Shown piece after piece: positions 12,965 to 24,200 of a stretch of 64,000 bases of DNA; position 1 is the stretch's first letter; each line of letters opens with the position of its first letter. The stretch comes from Hydrolagus affinis (Eukaryota). The translations under genes were made by a program, and so were the position numbers. The notes beneath the pieces were generated by a model. That model saw only the letters and a list, made by a program, of their open reading frames with translations, made no database searches and was not told the DNA's origin. The stretch is from positions 62,001 through 126,000 of the forward strand of contig JAAILG010000157.1 of assembly GCA_012026655.1 (NCBI GenBank), in the 5' to 3' direction.

Positions 12965-13160
12965 ACAACAAAATTATATTTGTATAGCACCTTTCGCATC
13001 AGGAGGTCGTCCCAAGGCACTGGACAGTCAGTGTTTCAGACACAAGCTGGGGTCGGGGCAGGAAGGGTGGAGGGGATTTGGGTGACCGGTTGACTGTTGA
13101 AGAGGTGGGTCTTGAAGCAGGACTTGAAGGTGTTTAGGGAGGGAGCGAGCGAGGCAAAGC
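12965..13160 (-). mobile_element. L2 LINE 3' end
   Basis: Reverse complement of the L2 tail seen at 18720-18900. Confidence 0.75.
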
Positions 13161-13429
13161 GTGTCATTCAGTATTCTGTCATACAGTATGAATGTATAAA
13201 AAGTGCATCATGCTTTCCTTTCCCTCCCAATTGTTTTTTTTAAAAGCCATCATCAATTGGTAGATCTGAGTTTTATTAGCACCTAAACGATGTATATGTT
13301 ATGTTCAACTTGCCAAAGTGGCCTTTGGATACGTATATTAATCGCAAAAAAAATGCATAAGAGAAAACATTTTGAACTGGTCTATTTATAATTCTAATCA
13401 CTCTTTACTCTAATTCCAATCACAAGCAT

Positions 13430-14303
13430 CTTGATAAAAGAAATGTGAGCTTAACATATCTAAATTTGTAGATGATATGAAGCAAGGTGGGCCGTGAGGA
13501 GGGTAAAGAAGAATTCAAAAGGATATATTGAGTGGGCAATTATTCACCCAGGTAGTAAACAAAAAAGCAGATTATTTTCTAGAGGGGGAGACTAGGTAGT
13601 GTTAGTGTTCAGAGGGATTTGGGTGTCCTTGTACACTAGTCACAAAAAAGTTTGCAGGCACAACAAGCAACTAGGAAGACCAATCACATGTTGCGTTCAT
13701 TGCAAAAGGGTTCGAGTAAAGAGTAGGGAAATCTTGCTGCAATTGTATAGGGGTTTGGTGAGACAACACCTAGAATATTGTGTGCAGTCTTGATCTCCTT
13801 ATTTAAGAAAGGACTTGCCTTTGAGGGGGTGCAGAGTAGATTCACTAGGTTGGTTCCTGGGATGAGGAGGTTGATGAATGAGTAAACTAGGCCTATATTC
13901 TCTTGAATATAGAAGAATTAGAGGTGTTCTTATATAGATATTTACGATTCTTAAGGGGCTTGACAGAGTAGACAGTGGGAGACTGTTTACCCTGGTAGGA
14001 GAATCTATAACTAGGGGGTCACAGTCTCAAGATTAAAGGTCATCTTTTTCAAACAGAGTTGAGAAAATATTTCTTCACTCAGAGGGCAGTGAATTTATGG
14101 AATTCTCTACCCCAGAAGACTGTGGATGCTGAGACCTTGAGCATATTCAAGACTGAGATTGATAGATTTCTGAAGGATAGAGGGATTAAGGGATATGGGG
14201 ATAGGGTGAGTAAATGGAATTAGGTCAGCCATGATCTTATTAAACGGCAGGGCAGGCTCAGGGGCCGAATGGCCTACTCTTGCTCCTATTTCTTATGTTC
14301 TTA
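13430..14303 (+). mobile_element. CR1-clade (HER1-like) LINE, truncated 3' portion
   Basis: KFVDD-like RT remnant, ILLQLYRGLVRQHLEYCVQ ORF2 C-terminus and tail ggggccgaatggcctactcttgctcctatttcttatgttctta typical of shark CR1/HER1. Confidence 0.9.
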
Positions 14304-14304
14304 A

Positions 14305-14361
14305 ACCTACATCGGCATTCACAGAAACACCTACACCTTCAACCAAAGGGCTGTCTTTATT
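14305..14361 (-). terminator. serf2 polyadenylation signal and GU-rich downstream element
   Basis: AATAAA on the minus strand at 14361-14356, followed by ggtgtaggtgtttctgtg. Confidence 0.6.
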
Positions 14362-14709
14362 AAATAGAATTGAAAGGATTAGCTTTGATACAAAAATACA
14401 AGGCCGGGTCACGTAAAATCCAAAAGAAGCATTTATGCTGACAATACTTCTGGTGACTTGAGCTCATGCAGGAAGTGTACCTTTACAGCAAGATTAAGTA
14501 CTGCATCAGTAAACATTCTACAAGGCCTTGGTTGAGCCTACACGCTGTATAATCCCACAGGAAAGATACAAGAATGCAATTTTCTGTATTGAAACCATAG
14601 GTTTGCATACGTTCAATAGTTGCAGACAGAAAGCTGAAGTTCGTTACAAGTACTCGTCTTCGTAAAAGCTGGGGAGACAGCCAGCCAGGTATCAGTAAAG
14701 TCTCCAAGG

Positions 14710-14806
14710 TTACTTTGAAACCCCAGAACCTCCTTCACCACCTTTTGGAGCAGATTGGCTATCCTTCGCTGCCGCTTGCTGCTTTTGTTGCATTATTTCA
14801 GCATCC
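14710..14806 (-). CDS. serf2: serf2 coding exon 3 (DAEIMQQKQ...GVSK*)
   Basis: tatttttgcAG acceptor, TAA stop at 14712-14710. Confidence 0.94.
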
Positions 14807-17800
14807 CTGCAAAAATACAAACTGTAAGCTTCCTATTGCAACATTTTTTTTTAATTTTAAAAATGACATTTTATTCAAGCAACAAACATACCGCAGCAAT
14901 CATACAGATAACTTTTTTTTTGTAGGAAAACAAATACTATCTTAATGTTGCAAGCAATGTGAAACTGTCTTCAAAACGCAGAAAGCTATGAACATCTGAA
15001 ATTATTTTCATACATAGCCTTCGGAATTTATATTTTCCTCCAGCTCACTCTCCAGGAAGATGAGTGGAGCACAAACAGAAATAGGGACAGAATGTTCGTC
15101 TGTTTATAGTTTTGCATGGTCTTCAATGTGATTTCCAATTTGACATTAATTTATATTGAATGAGCATTTCAAAGGCTACTGTTACAAATAATACATTCCC
15201 TGTAACTAAAATAACTGGTTATACATAAATGATTAAATTGTAGGTTAACTGATGAGTAAATTTGGGATTCATTTGGCAGAATTTTCGACATAGAATTAAA
15301 GTGAAACTTTGTTCATCTACATTTCAATAATGCAAGGGGTTTCTAACATTTGGTAGACAATTAAGGTTCATGGTGCATGAATTAAATCAAACAGAGGATG
15401 ATATCACATCAGATTCTTTAACTTAGTGATACAAAAACAGCATCAAAAACAAAAAAAATCCATCAGTAAGCACTCATTTTTAATGCTGTAACATTCCATA
15501 TGTGCGGAAGCAATAATAGTTGCTTATTTCTCTCAGAATCCCAAGAAATTCAAATGTTATAAATAGAACAATTCTAGGTTTGGTGGTAAAGATGATGAGC
15601 ACGAAGTGGGTACCTCAGGAGAAGTTACAAGAGTTCAGCTGCAAACAATTTATTCTTGACTAGTCGCTTTACTTACATGGTTTACCGATTAAGCAGATGA
15701 TCTACATACAATTTATGCAGTTTACCTCTGCTTTCTGGCTGCGGCAGACAGACCATCAGTTCTTCTCCCTTTAGTCTGGTCAGGGCCTTTTTTTGCATTT
15801 TTCTGACGCGCCAGTTCTCTCTGATTGCCACCTAGAAAGAAAACAAAATAGTGACCGCCAGTTTGACAGTTATCAGCAGAGGCAAGACAATTCAAAACCA
15901 CACAAAGCTATTTTTAAGAAATATTTTTTTTTAGACCAGAACTGTTTTCAAGACGCATTCAACACAATCCCTCTGTTAAAACCACTTGATTTAATAAAAG
16001 TTGTTGCCACCAATGTAGCACTTGGATTCAAAAGTCATAAACAGGCAAACTATACTGTTATAGTGGAAAATCTGGTTCGGAGGCAGGTGCCTTGTTTGTT
16101 GTAATAATAATAATCCTTGCATTTGATGTAGCACCTGATCATGTCTTTGAGAGGTCTCAAAGCGCTTCACAGAATGTGTAAAGTACCTGGGCACATGCTC
16201 AAATCACTGAGAAGAAAACCAAAAATGTGAATTTTGGCACTGACCTATCCAACGTATTTACTGAGTGGCATAAACTCTCTCTAAACACAAACACACTTTT
16301 TAAACAAAAACAATGATCTTCCTTAATCTATGAAATTTAGACATGACCATATCCTGTCACTCAGCAACACAATGCTGTATCTATCTTGGTTGTAATTCAG
16401 TTTTTTGAAATGAAACATGTACATTCACTGGTAGTGGAGGCTGATTCGATAACAACTTTTAAAAGAGAGCTGGACATTTATTTGAGGAGGACGGGTTTGC
16501 GAGGTTATAGGAAGAGAGCTGGGGAGTGGGATTAAATTGCTCTTTTGAAAGAGCCGGCACAGACTCGATGGGCCGAATGGCCTCCTTTTGTGCCGTAAGA
16601 TTCTATGCTGTGGCTAACATTTTTTGGTGGAGTTTATTTTGCACTTGCAAAGCTAGACAGCTTTAAATAATCCACAGTGCTTTTAAGTATAGTAGATTTC
16701 TCTTGTATACTGAAGGTGTACAATGAGTCTGTAGTTTTCTGTAGTAACACATACAAATTCTCCACAGGATCTTGACCAAAGACTAGCATTCTCCCTACCC
16801 TGTGTGTGTGTGTGTGAGTGTAAAAAAAAATCTAGCGTCAAGAACGGTGGTGGCAGGGAGGGGTTGTATAAATTTTTGCTGAACTCCCCAAGTCTACTTT
16901 ACCGTCTTTAAATATCTAGCCAGTAATCTAACCAAGGCAAATACATATAGATTTTTAAAAAGTCATTCTTCAATCTGGAACTAAGCAGATTATGATTATT
17001 ATTTCCTAAGAGGGGTTGTTAGCTGGGTGGTGGTGGTGGTGGGTTCAATCTGAGCTGTGGATGGACGTCAGATAAGGAATCCCACAACCTTAGGTCGGCT
17101 GCTGTGACATGTGGTGTCGATGTTACACAAGAATGCGGAGGGCGATAAGGGACATTGAACCAAAAGCTGCTGGAGATCAAACCCAGCCTCCCCACCGGCA
17201 AAAAATAAAATGAAATCACGGTTTGCAATTCGCCCCCGACCTCCTAAATCTTCCCCCCAAAATTTACAAAAACATTTCTTTCACTTCAGTTGAAATAAGG
17301 ATTTTTTGAAATAGTATTATATTTTTTTAATTTCAAATGCTTATTTACATATTTTGTGTAAACATAATACAGCAATATTTCCTTTGCAAAATCTTAAATG
17401 AGATATATATATATATATATATATGAAAATATTATACAACTTTTTTTTATATAAAAGATTTATACCCTCCCATCTGGTTTGCTTTTATATAAACACTTCA
17501 TATTAAGCCATTACAATGATTGTTCATGTTTGGGCCATGTTTTGTTTCAAAATCAATCAATTAGTGAAATATATATATATATATATTTATATAGTCATTA
17601 AAAATCTTAAAAACGGGTGACCCGAGATGGGATTTGGGAAGAGAGGGGGGGAGAGAGAGAGAGAGGCAGGGAGAGAGAGAGAGGGGGAGAGAGAGAGAGG
17701 CAGGGAGAGAGAGACGCCACGTCGGCCTGGAACAGACAGAGACAGACACACACAGACACACACACAGATGGGAGACACACAGAGAGACACGGACAGATAG

Positions 17801-18119
17801 AGACAGAGAGAGACACACACACACACGACACAGACAGATGGGAGACACACACACACAGAGAGACACAAACAGATAAAGAGACAGATACACGCATAGAGAG
17901 ACGCACAGCATCAGACACGGAGATAGACAATCAGACAGGAGCCGCAAAGACAAACACGTACACACACAGACGCTCGGGGAGGCCAAGCTAGGCCTCGAGC
18001 CAAGGCCTCCTCTCCCGACCGTTAGCTTGTAGCCGCCTCTATCGACCCTCATGCCGCCTCCCCCCCCCCACCACCCCCCCAGTCACATCAGATCAGAGAG
18101 GCCTCCACTCACGAGTCAT
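14710..18119 (-). CDS. serf2: Small EDRK-rich factor 2 (SERF/MOAG-4 family), 3 coding exons, 69 aa
   Basis: Exons 18119-18113 (ATGACTC|gtgagt), 15831-15726 and 14806-14710 splice to [69 protein letters not shown]. The motifs [14 protein letters not shown] and [12 protein letters not shown] and the 7-nt first coding exon are SERF2 hallmarks. Not visible in the ORF track. Confidence 0.95.
15726..15831 (-). CDS. serf2: serf2 coding exon 2 ([14 protein letters not shown]...[10 protein letters not shown])
   Basis: tctttctAG acceptor, AG|gtaaac donor. Confidence 0.96.
16102..16180 (-). mobile_element. SINE tail fragment in serf2 intron 1
   Basis: taataataatccttgcatttgatgtagcacc...ctcaaagcgcttcacagaat. 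Confidence 0.75.
16420..16607 (+). mobile_element. CR1 LINE 3' end
   Basis: gagccggcacagactcgatgggccgaatggcctccttttgtgccgtaagattctatg; a similar copy lies at 46010-46138. Confidence 0.85.
17641..17970. repeat. Compound (GA)n/(CA)n low-complexity tract in serf2 intron 1
   Basis: Directly visible; source of five spurious overlapping ORFs. Confidence 0.95.
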
Positions 18120-18500
18120 CCTCCAGACACCCGCCGCCGCCACCAACCGAGTTTCCCCCCCACCCGTCAAACACCGTCAACCTCAGCAGCGACCGACTGA
18201 TCGACCGAGCGACCGACCGACCTCAGCGCAACCGAACTTCACCCTCGCAACCGCCCTCCCCCCACCACCCACTTCCTAAGCCTCCAACTCTCATTGGTCT
18301 AGCGGTCGGGGCCGGTCCTCTCTGACTGGCCGCGGCGGCTGTCACTCCAATGCCGTCACAATCACCGCTGCCACCGCCGCCCTCTTCTTCATTCCCCCCA
18401 CTCCACTCCCTACCATCATCATCATCTATCACGTTAGGTTGATCGGAAGGAAGTGAGCACGTGATGCTGGCCATCATCACGTCGTCTTGAAGGCGTCTCA
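17970..18500 (-). promoter_or_regulatory. CpG island / serf2 promoter and 5' UTR
   Basis: Sharp GC/CpG enrichment; CCAAT boxes (attgg 18293, ccaat 18347), ETS GGAAGTG 18449, E-box CACGTG 18458, GC-box-like ccgccc; (GGTC)n-like run in the leader. Confidence 0.8.
18113..18119 (-). CDS. serf2: serf2 coding exon 1 (ATG ACT C)
   Basis: ggaggATGACTC|GTGAGT on the minus strand inside a CpG island. Confidence 0.92.
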
Positions 18501-18905
18501 AAGCGCTTTGCAGAACGCACTGTAAAGTGAATTGACTGTATATCCCTCCGCGGCCTCGCCCCCCATCCTACCTCTGTGATCTCCTCACCCCCTCACTGAC
18601 ATACCTGCTCCACGTCCCCTGACCCACCATGGGCGGGCGAGCTTTCAGCCACTCTGCCCCCTAACCTCTGGAATTCCCTCTCAGTCCCTCCTCCTCGCCC
18701 CCTCCCTCACCTCCTTCAAGTTCCGCCTCAAGACCCTCCTTATCGACAGTCCCATCGGTCACCCCAAATTCCCCCCCCCCCCCTTCCCCTCCGCCCTCCC
18801 TGTCCCTGACCCCCAGCTCGGGTCTGAAACAATGACTGTCCAGCGCCTTGAGACTTCCTCCTGACGCGAAGGGCTCTATACAAGTGTAATTTTATTGTTG
18901 TTTAA
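18478..18905. mobile_element. SINE tail fragment (-, 18478-18543) fused to L2 3' end (+, ~18545-18905)
   Basis: gcgtctcaaagcgctttgcagaac...gtgaattgactgta, then gggcgggcgagctttcagc...tgacgcgaagggctctatacaagtgtaattttattgttg. Confidence 0.8.
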
Positions 18906-19924
18906 GAACTCTGAGACCCTACCCTCTGTGGAGGGTGCTATAGAAGTGCAAGTTGTTGTTTTAGCTGGTTAAACTCCAGCACATACACTGCGGAACCCAA
19001 GCCTTGGCTCTTGCCCGCTTGCACTTAATACTTTCCAGAATTAGGCAAACAGGGACAGAGTATACACTCCATCCCAACACATTCCTCTGGAATTTCCATG
19101 TATAGGTGGGATGCATGGAATTCTGTCCGGTTTGCATACACTTAAGCTTGATGATGGTTTTCCACCTGTGTCAGACCCTCGCACCCAAAAAGTAAGATAA
19201 CGCCTCTGAGTGTTCTGCAGAGATTGATTTTACAGCCCTTCATCCAGTACCTGAACTAGTGGGATGATTGAAGGATGATATCTTCATTGAACACGCATGT
19301 CACTGGAATAAGATATTAGATATTTGTACCTAAGTATATGATGCTTGTAACCTAAAATAGAAGTAGTCAATTTGCCTTTCAGCATCGGTTATTTCCTTGG
19401 TGACCGTGATGATGAGGCAATGATAGAGTGCATTGGTGTAGGGACCCACAATTAGTAAGCTTGCTTTGCAGTTGCTCCTGGTTTATTGTTCAAGTAAAGC
19501 ATTAAATGGGCATATTTATTTGGAAAAGTTGTTTACTAACATTTATTTATTAATGATGTACTTTTTTTTTACTGTATTGGTTTAGGTTAACAGTTTCAGC
19601 CGCATCATTTTCATCTTAAATTCTACAGACATAGACTAGGCTAAATTGATGGGGGCTGGAAGTTGCCTATCTCACACTTACCAATAGCCTGTAAATATTC
19701 ATGCATAACAAATAGCTATCTGCCAAATGCTGTCTCCTTTATAGGCTGCAATCCTCCTTGTTTACTATCATTGCAATCATCTGGGGGTTAGCTTTTCCTT
19801 GACCATTAGCATCAATAAAAGGCTTGGACCAACCACAGTACAGTATTTGCCTCTGAAGATTATGCTCAACTGGCAAGCAACCTCCTGCCCCCAGCCTCCC
19901 TCCTTTCTGAGGCTTTGGCGAGTG

Positions 19925-20080
19925 ATAATAATAATAATAATAATCATGATGCTTGCATTTGATATAGTGCTTTTCACATCTTCCAGACGGGCTCAAAGCG
20001 ATTGACAGACTATACTGTGAAGTGAATTGACCGTATGTATGTATGTATGTGGGCGAAACACGACAGCCAATACATGCGCA
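19925..20080 (-). mobile_element. Young SINE 3' half with (TATG)n expansion
   Basis: (ATA)n, gcttgcatttgatatagtgcttttcac..., gtgggcgaaacacgacagccaat. Confidence 0.8.
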
Positions 20081-20249
20081 CATACATACATACATACATA
20101 CATGCAGTTCTAAAATTGGAAACCCTCATTGCATTTTGCACCACGGGGTCACTTAGATTTCATTGTCAGTATTCTGTTAAAACCAAATCAAACGTTAACC
20201 TTGCGAGGGGCAGGGCCAACAGTAAAGTGCTATCAAAGCCAAACAAGGT

Positions 20250-20520
20250 GGTTTCTGGCCCGCGGGCCTCACCAGGCTATTCTCCCTGACGTCACTATGG
20301 GTGGGTGGTGACGCCCCACGGGCGGGGCGCTTAAAAGCAGCGCAACCCCAGCCAACGGACCTGCGGGAGACCAGGCACCAGCACCTCAACGCAGTGACCG
20401 GTGAGCTGCTGACGCGGACCTGGTTGGAACCACCACACCCCTCCCCGGCAGCGATCGGCAAAGTGAAAAGGCGGACCGAGTAGAAGCAACGCCGCTGTGA
20501 AACGCGACCGTCGCTGTGGG
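20250..20520 (+). promoter_or_regulatory. Second CpG promoter with putative non-coding first exon (~20360-20400) on the + strand
   Basis: TGACGTCA 20287-20294, TGACG 20309, GGGCGGGG 20320-20327, CTTAAAAG 20330-20337, donor CCG|GTGAGC at 20400/20401. Confidence 0.6.
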
Positions 20521-20529
20521 CGGAGCTAA

Positions 20530-20815
20530 TCTGTGCGTCTGTGGTTTTTGGAGTGTGGCAGTTTCTCTGCGTCCCTCTGTGAATGACTGTGTGCTCCTCT
20601 CCCTGTGTTTGACTCTCTGTGAGTGTGTGTGTCTCTGTGTGAGTCTCTCTCTCTGTGAGCGTGTGTTTGCAAATGTCTCTGCAGGACTGTGTGTATCCCT
20701 CTGAGTTGGTGAATGTGTCTTGATTGTCGGTGTCCCTGTGTGAGTGTGCCTCTCTGCTCTGTGTGTTTTTGAGTGTGCTGTTTGCCAGTGTCTTTGTGTG
20801 TGAGTGTGTCTGTGT
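20530..20815. repeat. (TG)/(TC)-rich low-complexity tract
   Basis: Directly visible downstream of the 20401 donor. Confidence 0.9.
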
Positions 20816-21120
20816 AGCAGTTACAGTACCTCAAAGTAATTGTTAAAGAAAATCATCATTGGCCTCTCTGTCATAAAGGAACCGCTCAAAAGCTTCTAAT
20901 AAATCCCTAATTTAGTAAACTTCTCATTGAAGACATTTGCATGATAAACATTGATATTTTAAAGTATTATGTTCTTGATTCTCTCTCACTGTAGGATTTG
21001 TAGCACTTATTTCAATGGTCAGAGAATATGCACATTAATATTTCCATGGGTTCATTGCTATATTATTGACTGTTGTTGACCTCCAGGAAATATAGCCATT
21101 TCATCTCTTCAGTGTTAAAA

Positions 21121-21207
21121 TTAGTTTCTTGCTGCCATAACAATTGTAGTCACCACACTGCCAATCGCCACCACCGCGGCTCCAAAAAGCCATTTCCATG
21201 GAATATC
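21121..21207 (-). CDS. fkbp16: Terminal exon, tail-anchor TM ([28 protein letters not shown])
   Basis: gttgtctttcAG acceptor, TAA at 21123-21121. Confidence 0.95.
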   Translation of the reverse strand, partial: DIPWKWLFGAAVVAIGSVVTTIVMAARN

Positions 21208-24200
21208 CTGAAAGACAACAGAGGTTTCTTTTAATAGCAGAGGACCAATTAACATTTTTTTTAAAAAAAAGTATTATATACCGCATGATAGTGTATAATA
21301 ATTTGATATTGCGCCTTATCACATCTTTGAGACGCCTCAAAGCGCTTCGCAAAATAAACTGAGGTGAATTCACTGCATTTTATATAGAATACAATGGCAT
21401 TCATACCCGTCCTGATTTCCGTGGTGAGAAAATAAATGGTATGAGGTTCTTCCCAAGTGTCTGGCACACGCGTTTGGGTCTAGGGAGGTCGAGTTGCCCG
21501 GTCTGTTTCCGGACTAGTTTGGAGAGTTCCACATGAATGGCCTGGAAATCAGCAAGGAAGAAGGCACCATCAGTAATGTTGTTCGAAAGCAGTTCAGCCA
21601 CAGGATAGATTGCTTTGTAATTGTTCAAACAGAATGTCCGCTTCTTAAATTAGAAAAACGGATGCAAAGTAATAATGTTCCTGATATTTCCTCAGATTAC
21701 ACCTGACACGATCTTATTTGCCTTTGTACAGCAGTGCTGCATGACTGTTCCATTTATCCTTCGAAAAAATAACAATTATTATTTAATAATAGTCCTAGGG
21801 GAATGCATGAAAGGAATGCATCATCTTCCTCCCACAGACAAGATGTGTGATGCCCCACCAATTGGAATTATAGAGCTCCTCCGGTTGTTAGCTCTCTGCC
21901 AAAAAAGCAGGCCCTGCTTCAAACATCCCCTGACAGTAGTGGACCTTTAAACCTTGTAGTCACTTGTGGAAAAGTAACATTGAAAAGCCTCCAGCAGAGA
22001 GCAGGCTTCAACCAACAATTGTGCTTGGGTGTGTTGGTGGATTCACACCACTATGATAGCTGACCTTGAGTATACAAGAAGGAAACACATTGTTAAATAT
22101 TTCTTCAGGTGGTTTGAAGGTAAAATGCCTAGAGGATACATTATAGCATTTTTGTAATATATGAAATATCTTCTAGCCGTTGTTTTTTTGGCTCCTGCAG
22201 ACACCAGCACATAACATATTGAAGGAGAAGGAAAGGCCAAAAAAAGGCTAAAACCTCCATATCATGACTGTATACAACGTGCTACACTTCAAAATAATGT
22301 TTTGTCAACTTCACTTTTCACCTGTTTCAGTTCAATCCAAGGCCAAGTAACATGGACAGGCTTCATTTGGGGGTGGGGGGGGGAATACTTATTGATGTAC
22401 TTATAGTTATGGCAATTTTTTTTTCCAATTTTAAATGAAACTAAGGGTTAATTTACAGGTAAGGCCACAATTAGATTAGTGAATTATTCATTTTATTCCA
22501 GCAAATCTTCCGAATCAAGAGGATGACAATGCATGTCAATAACAGGCTTGTTGAATCAGAAATATTAAATAATTCTTGTGGGTATTTGAAGTGGTAGTTT
22601 ACCTAATTTTTATTTAGCACAATACTGTAAAATCATTTGAAATAAATAGCGCATTGAAAACTTAAGTGACTTTATTGCTTCATGAGATGGGTCAAGATTC
22701 ATGTATTAAAAAAATTAATCTTAGGATGTTATTTCACTGAAGACTTTGCAGCATATGTTTGTTTCAGTCGAACACTAGCAAAGTAAGAATTGAAAGTGTG
22801 GCTCATATGATGATAGTTGGTACTTCCTAATTATTATAATAGACGAGGAATCAAATCTGGTAGGAGACTGTCAAGTCTAAACTGCAGAAAAGTTTGTGAA
22901 ACGTCAAAGTAAGCATCCAGTAAGCATCCAAAAAGAAAATCACATTGTGTGAGTGTTATCATGTTTTGGTATAAGAGTTCATTCTCTGAGTGGTACATTC
23001 TGCTCTTTTCTCACAGGTCCGGTCGCCTATCACCTGGGAGGCAAACTTCTGCTGGAAGGCAAGCAGTCAGTGAGTGGTCTATGTGTCAGATGGAAACCAG
23101 CACAAAGCTATTAGAAGGTGAAAAGCTGAACGGAAAAACCAAGCGCTTTTGTCGTAGTTTTTTAGAAGGACTTTACATCTGCTGTTTGCAAACTGGTTGT
23201 TGAATTCAACTGGTTGAATTATTCAAGATTTCATACTCAAAAGTTTGGTTCAGTGCAGAACAACGAACCATCAGCAATCAGACTAAAAAGTATTGGAACT
23301 GTACTCGGAAATATAACACGAGTCAGTTTCCTTGAAGCCATACATTTCATTTTCCTGTACACACAAGTAAAGGTAAAAATTTAAGCTCTTTTTATTACCT
23401 TCATGCTTGGCTCAATCTTCAATGCTTTTTTGAGTGTTTCCATAGCTTCCTCATACTTTTCTTTTTCTGATAACAACTGCAGCACAATTGAAAACAGAAT
23501 GAATAACTGTGTAACTTATGGGGAGGCCAAAAATAAATGCTTTTCCTTTTTTTTTTGGAAGCGGTAAGGAGTATTTGAAGCCACAATCACTGACATATTG
23601 CTCACTGAGGCATTTCCAGTTAGCTTGAGTTTTTACTTGTATCCAAGTGTACGTTTCAGTTCCAGGAGCCAGGTCACAATGTGAAGGGATTTGCCAAAGG
23701 CATCTGCAATTTTATATTGTTATAAAACTATAATAATGAACCTTGCATTTGATATATTGCCTTTTATGTATTGCCTTACATGTGAAGTGTATTTTGTAAG
23801 CAAACTAGGCAGCTAATTTGTGCACAGTGTTGACCCATAAACAACCAATGAAATCAACTACCAATTTTACGATTAGCTGTGGCTCAGAGAGGTAGATTTG
23901 CTACAGGAACCTTCAACAGTTAGCACATCAAGGAAAGATACATATATTCTTGGATAAGTTCACTTTCAATTGCTGGCTTCAGGAAGCATTGAATTTGAAT
24001 TTGCTAGGTTATTTCACATCATGAGGACATCAGTTACAAATTATTGCAATGATATTTTCCAACAAAGATGATTTCATATCATTTGTTTATCAGCGCTTCA
24101 AAGCCCCCTCCAACAAGTTTCTAGAGGATAGCCATACTCTTTTTTTAAAAATCTTAAATAGTTGTAAATGACCATCTGTAAATTATTAAATGGCCATAAA

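Noticed and set aside
17561-18052. Five overlapping ORFs of 80-163 aa on both strands
   Set aside because: Translations of the (GA)/(CA) microsatellite in serf2 intron 1; low-complexity and stop-free by composition.
18223-18501. 92-aa acidic/Gly-rich minus ORF upstream of serf2
   Set aside because: Non-ATG start inside a SINE fragment; reflects GC-rich promoter sequence and (GAT)n repeats.
20195-20483. Overlapping ORFs in the second CpG island
   Set aside because: GC-rich promoter DNA; no homology recognised and no ATG downstream of the predicted TSS in the first exon.
21838-22580. Additional + strand acceptor-like sites (21838, 22201, 22502)
   Set aside because: No matching strong donors or coherent reading frame; cannot be distinguished from pseudo-splice sites without transcript data.
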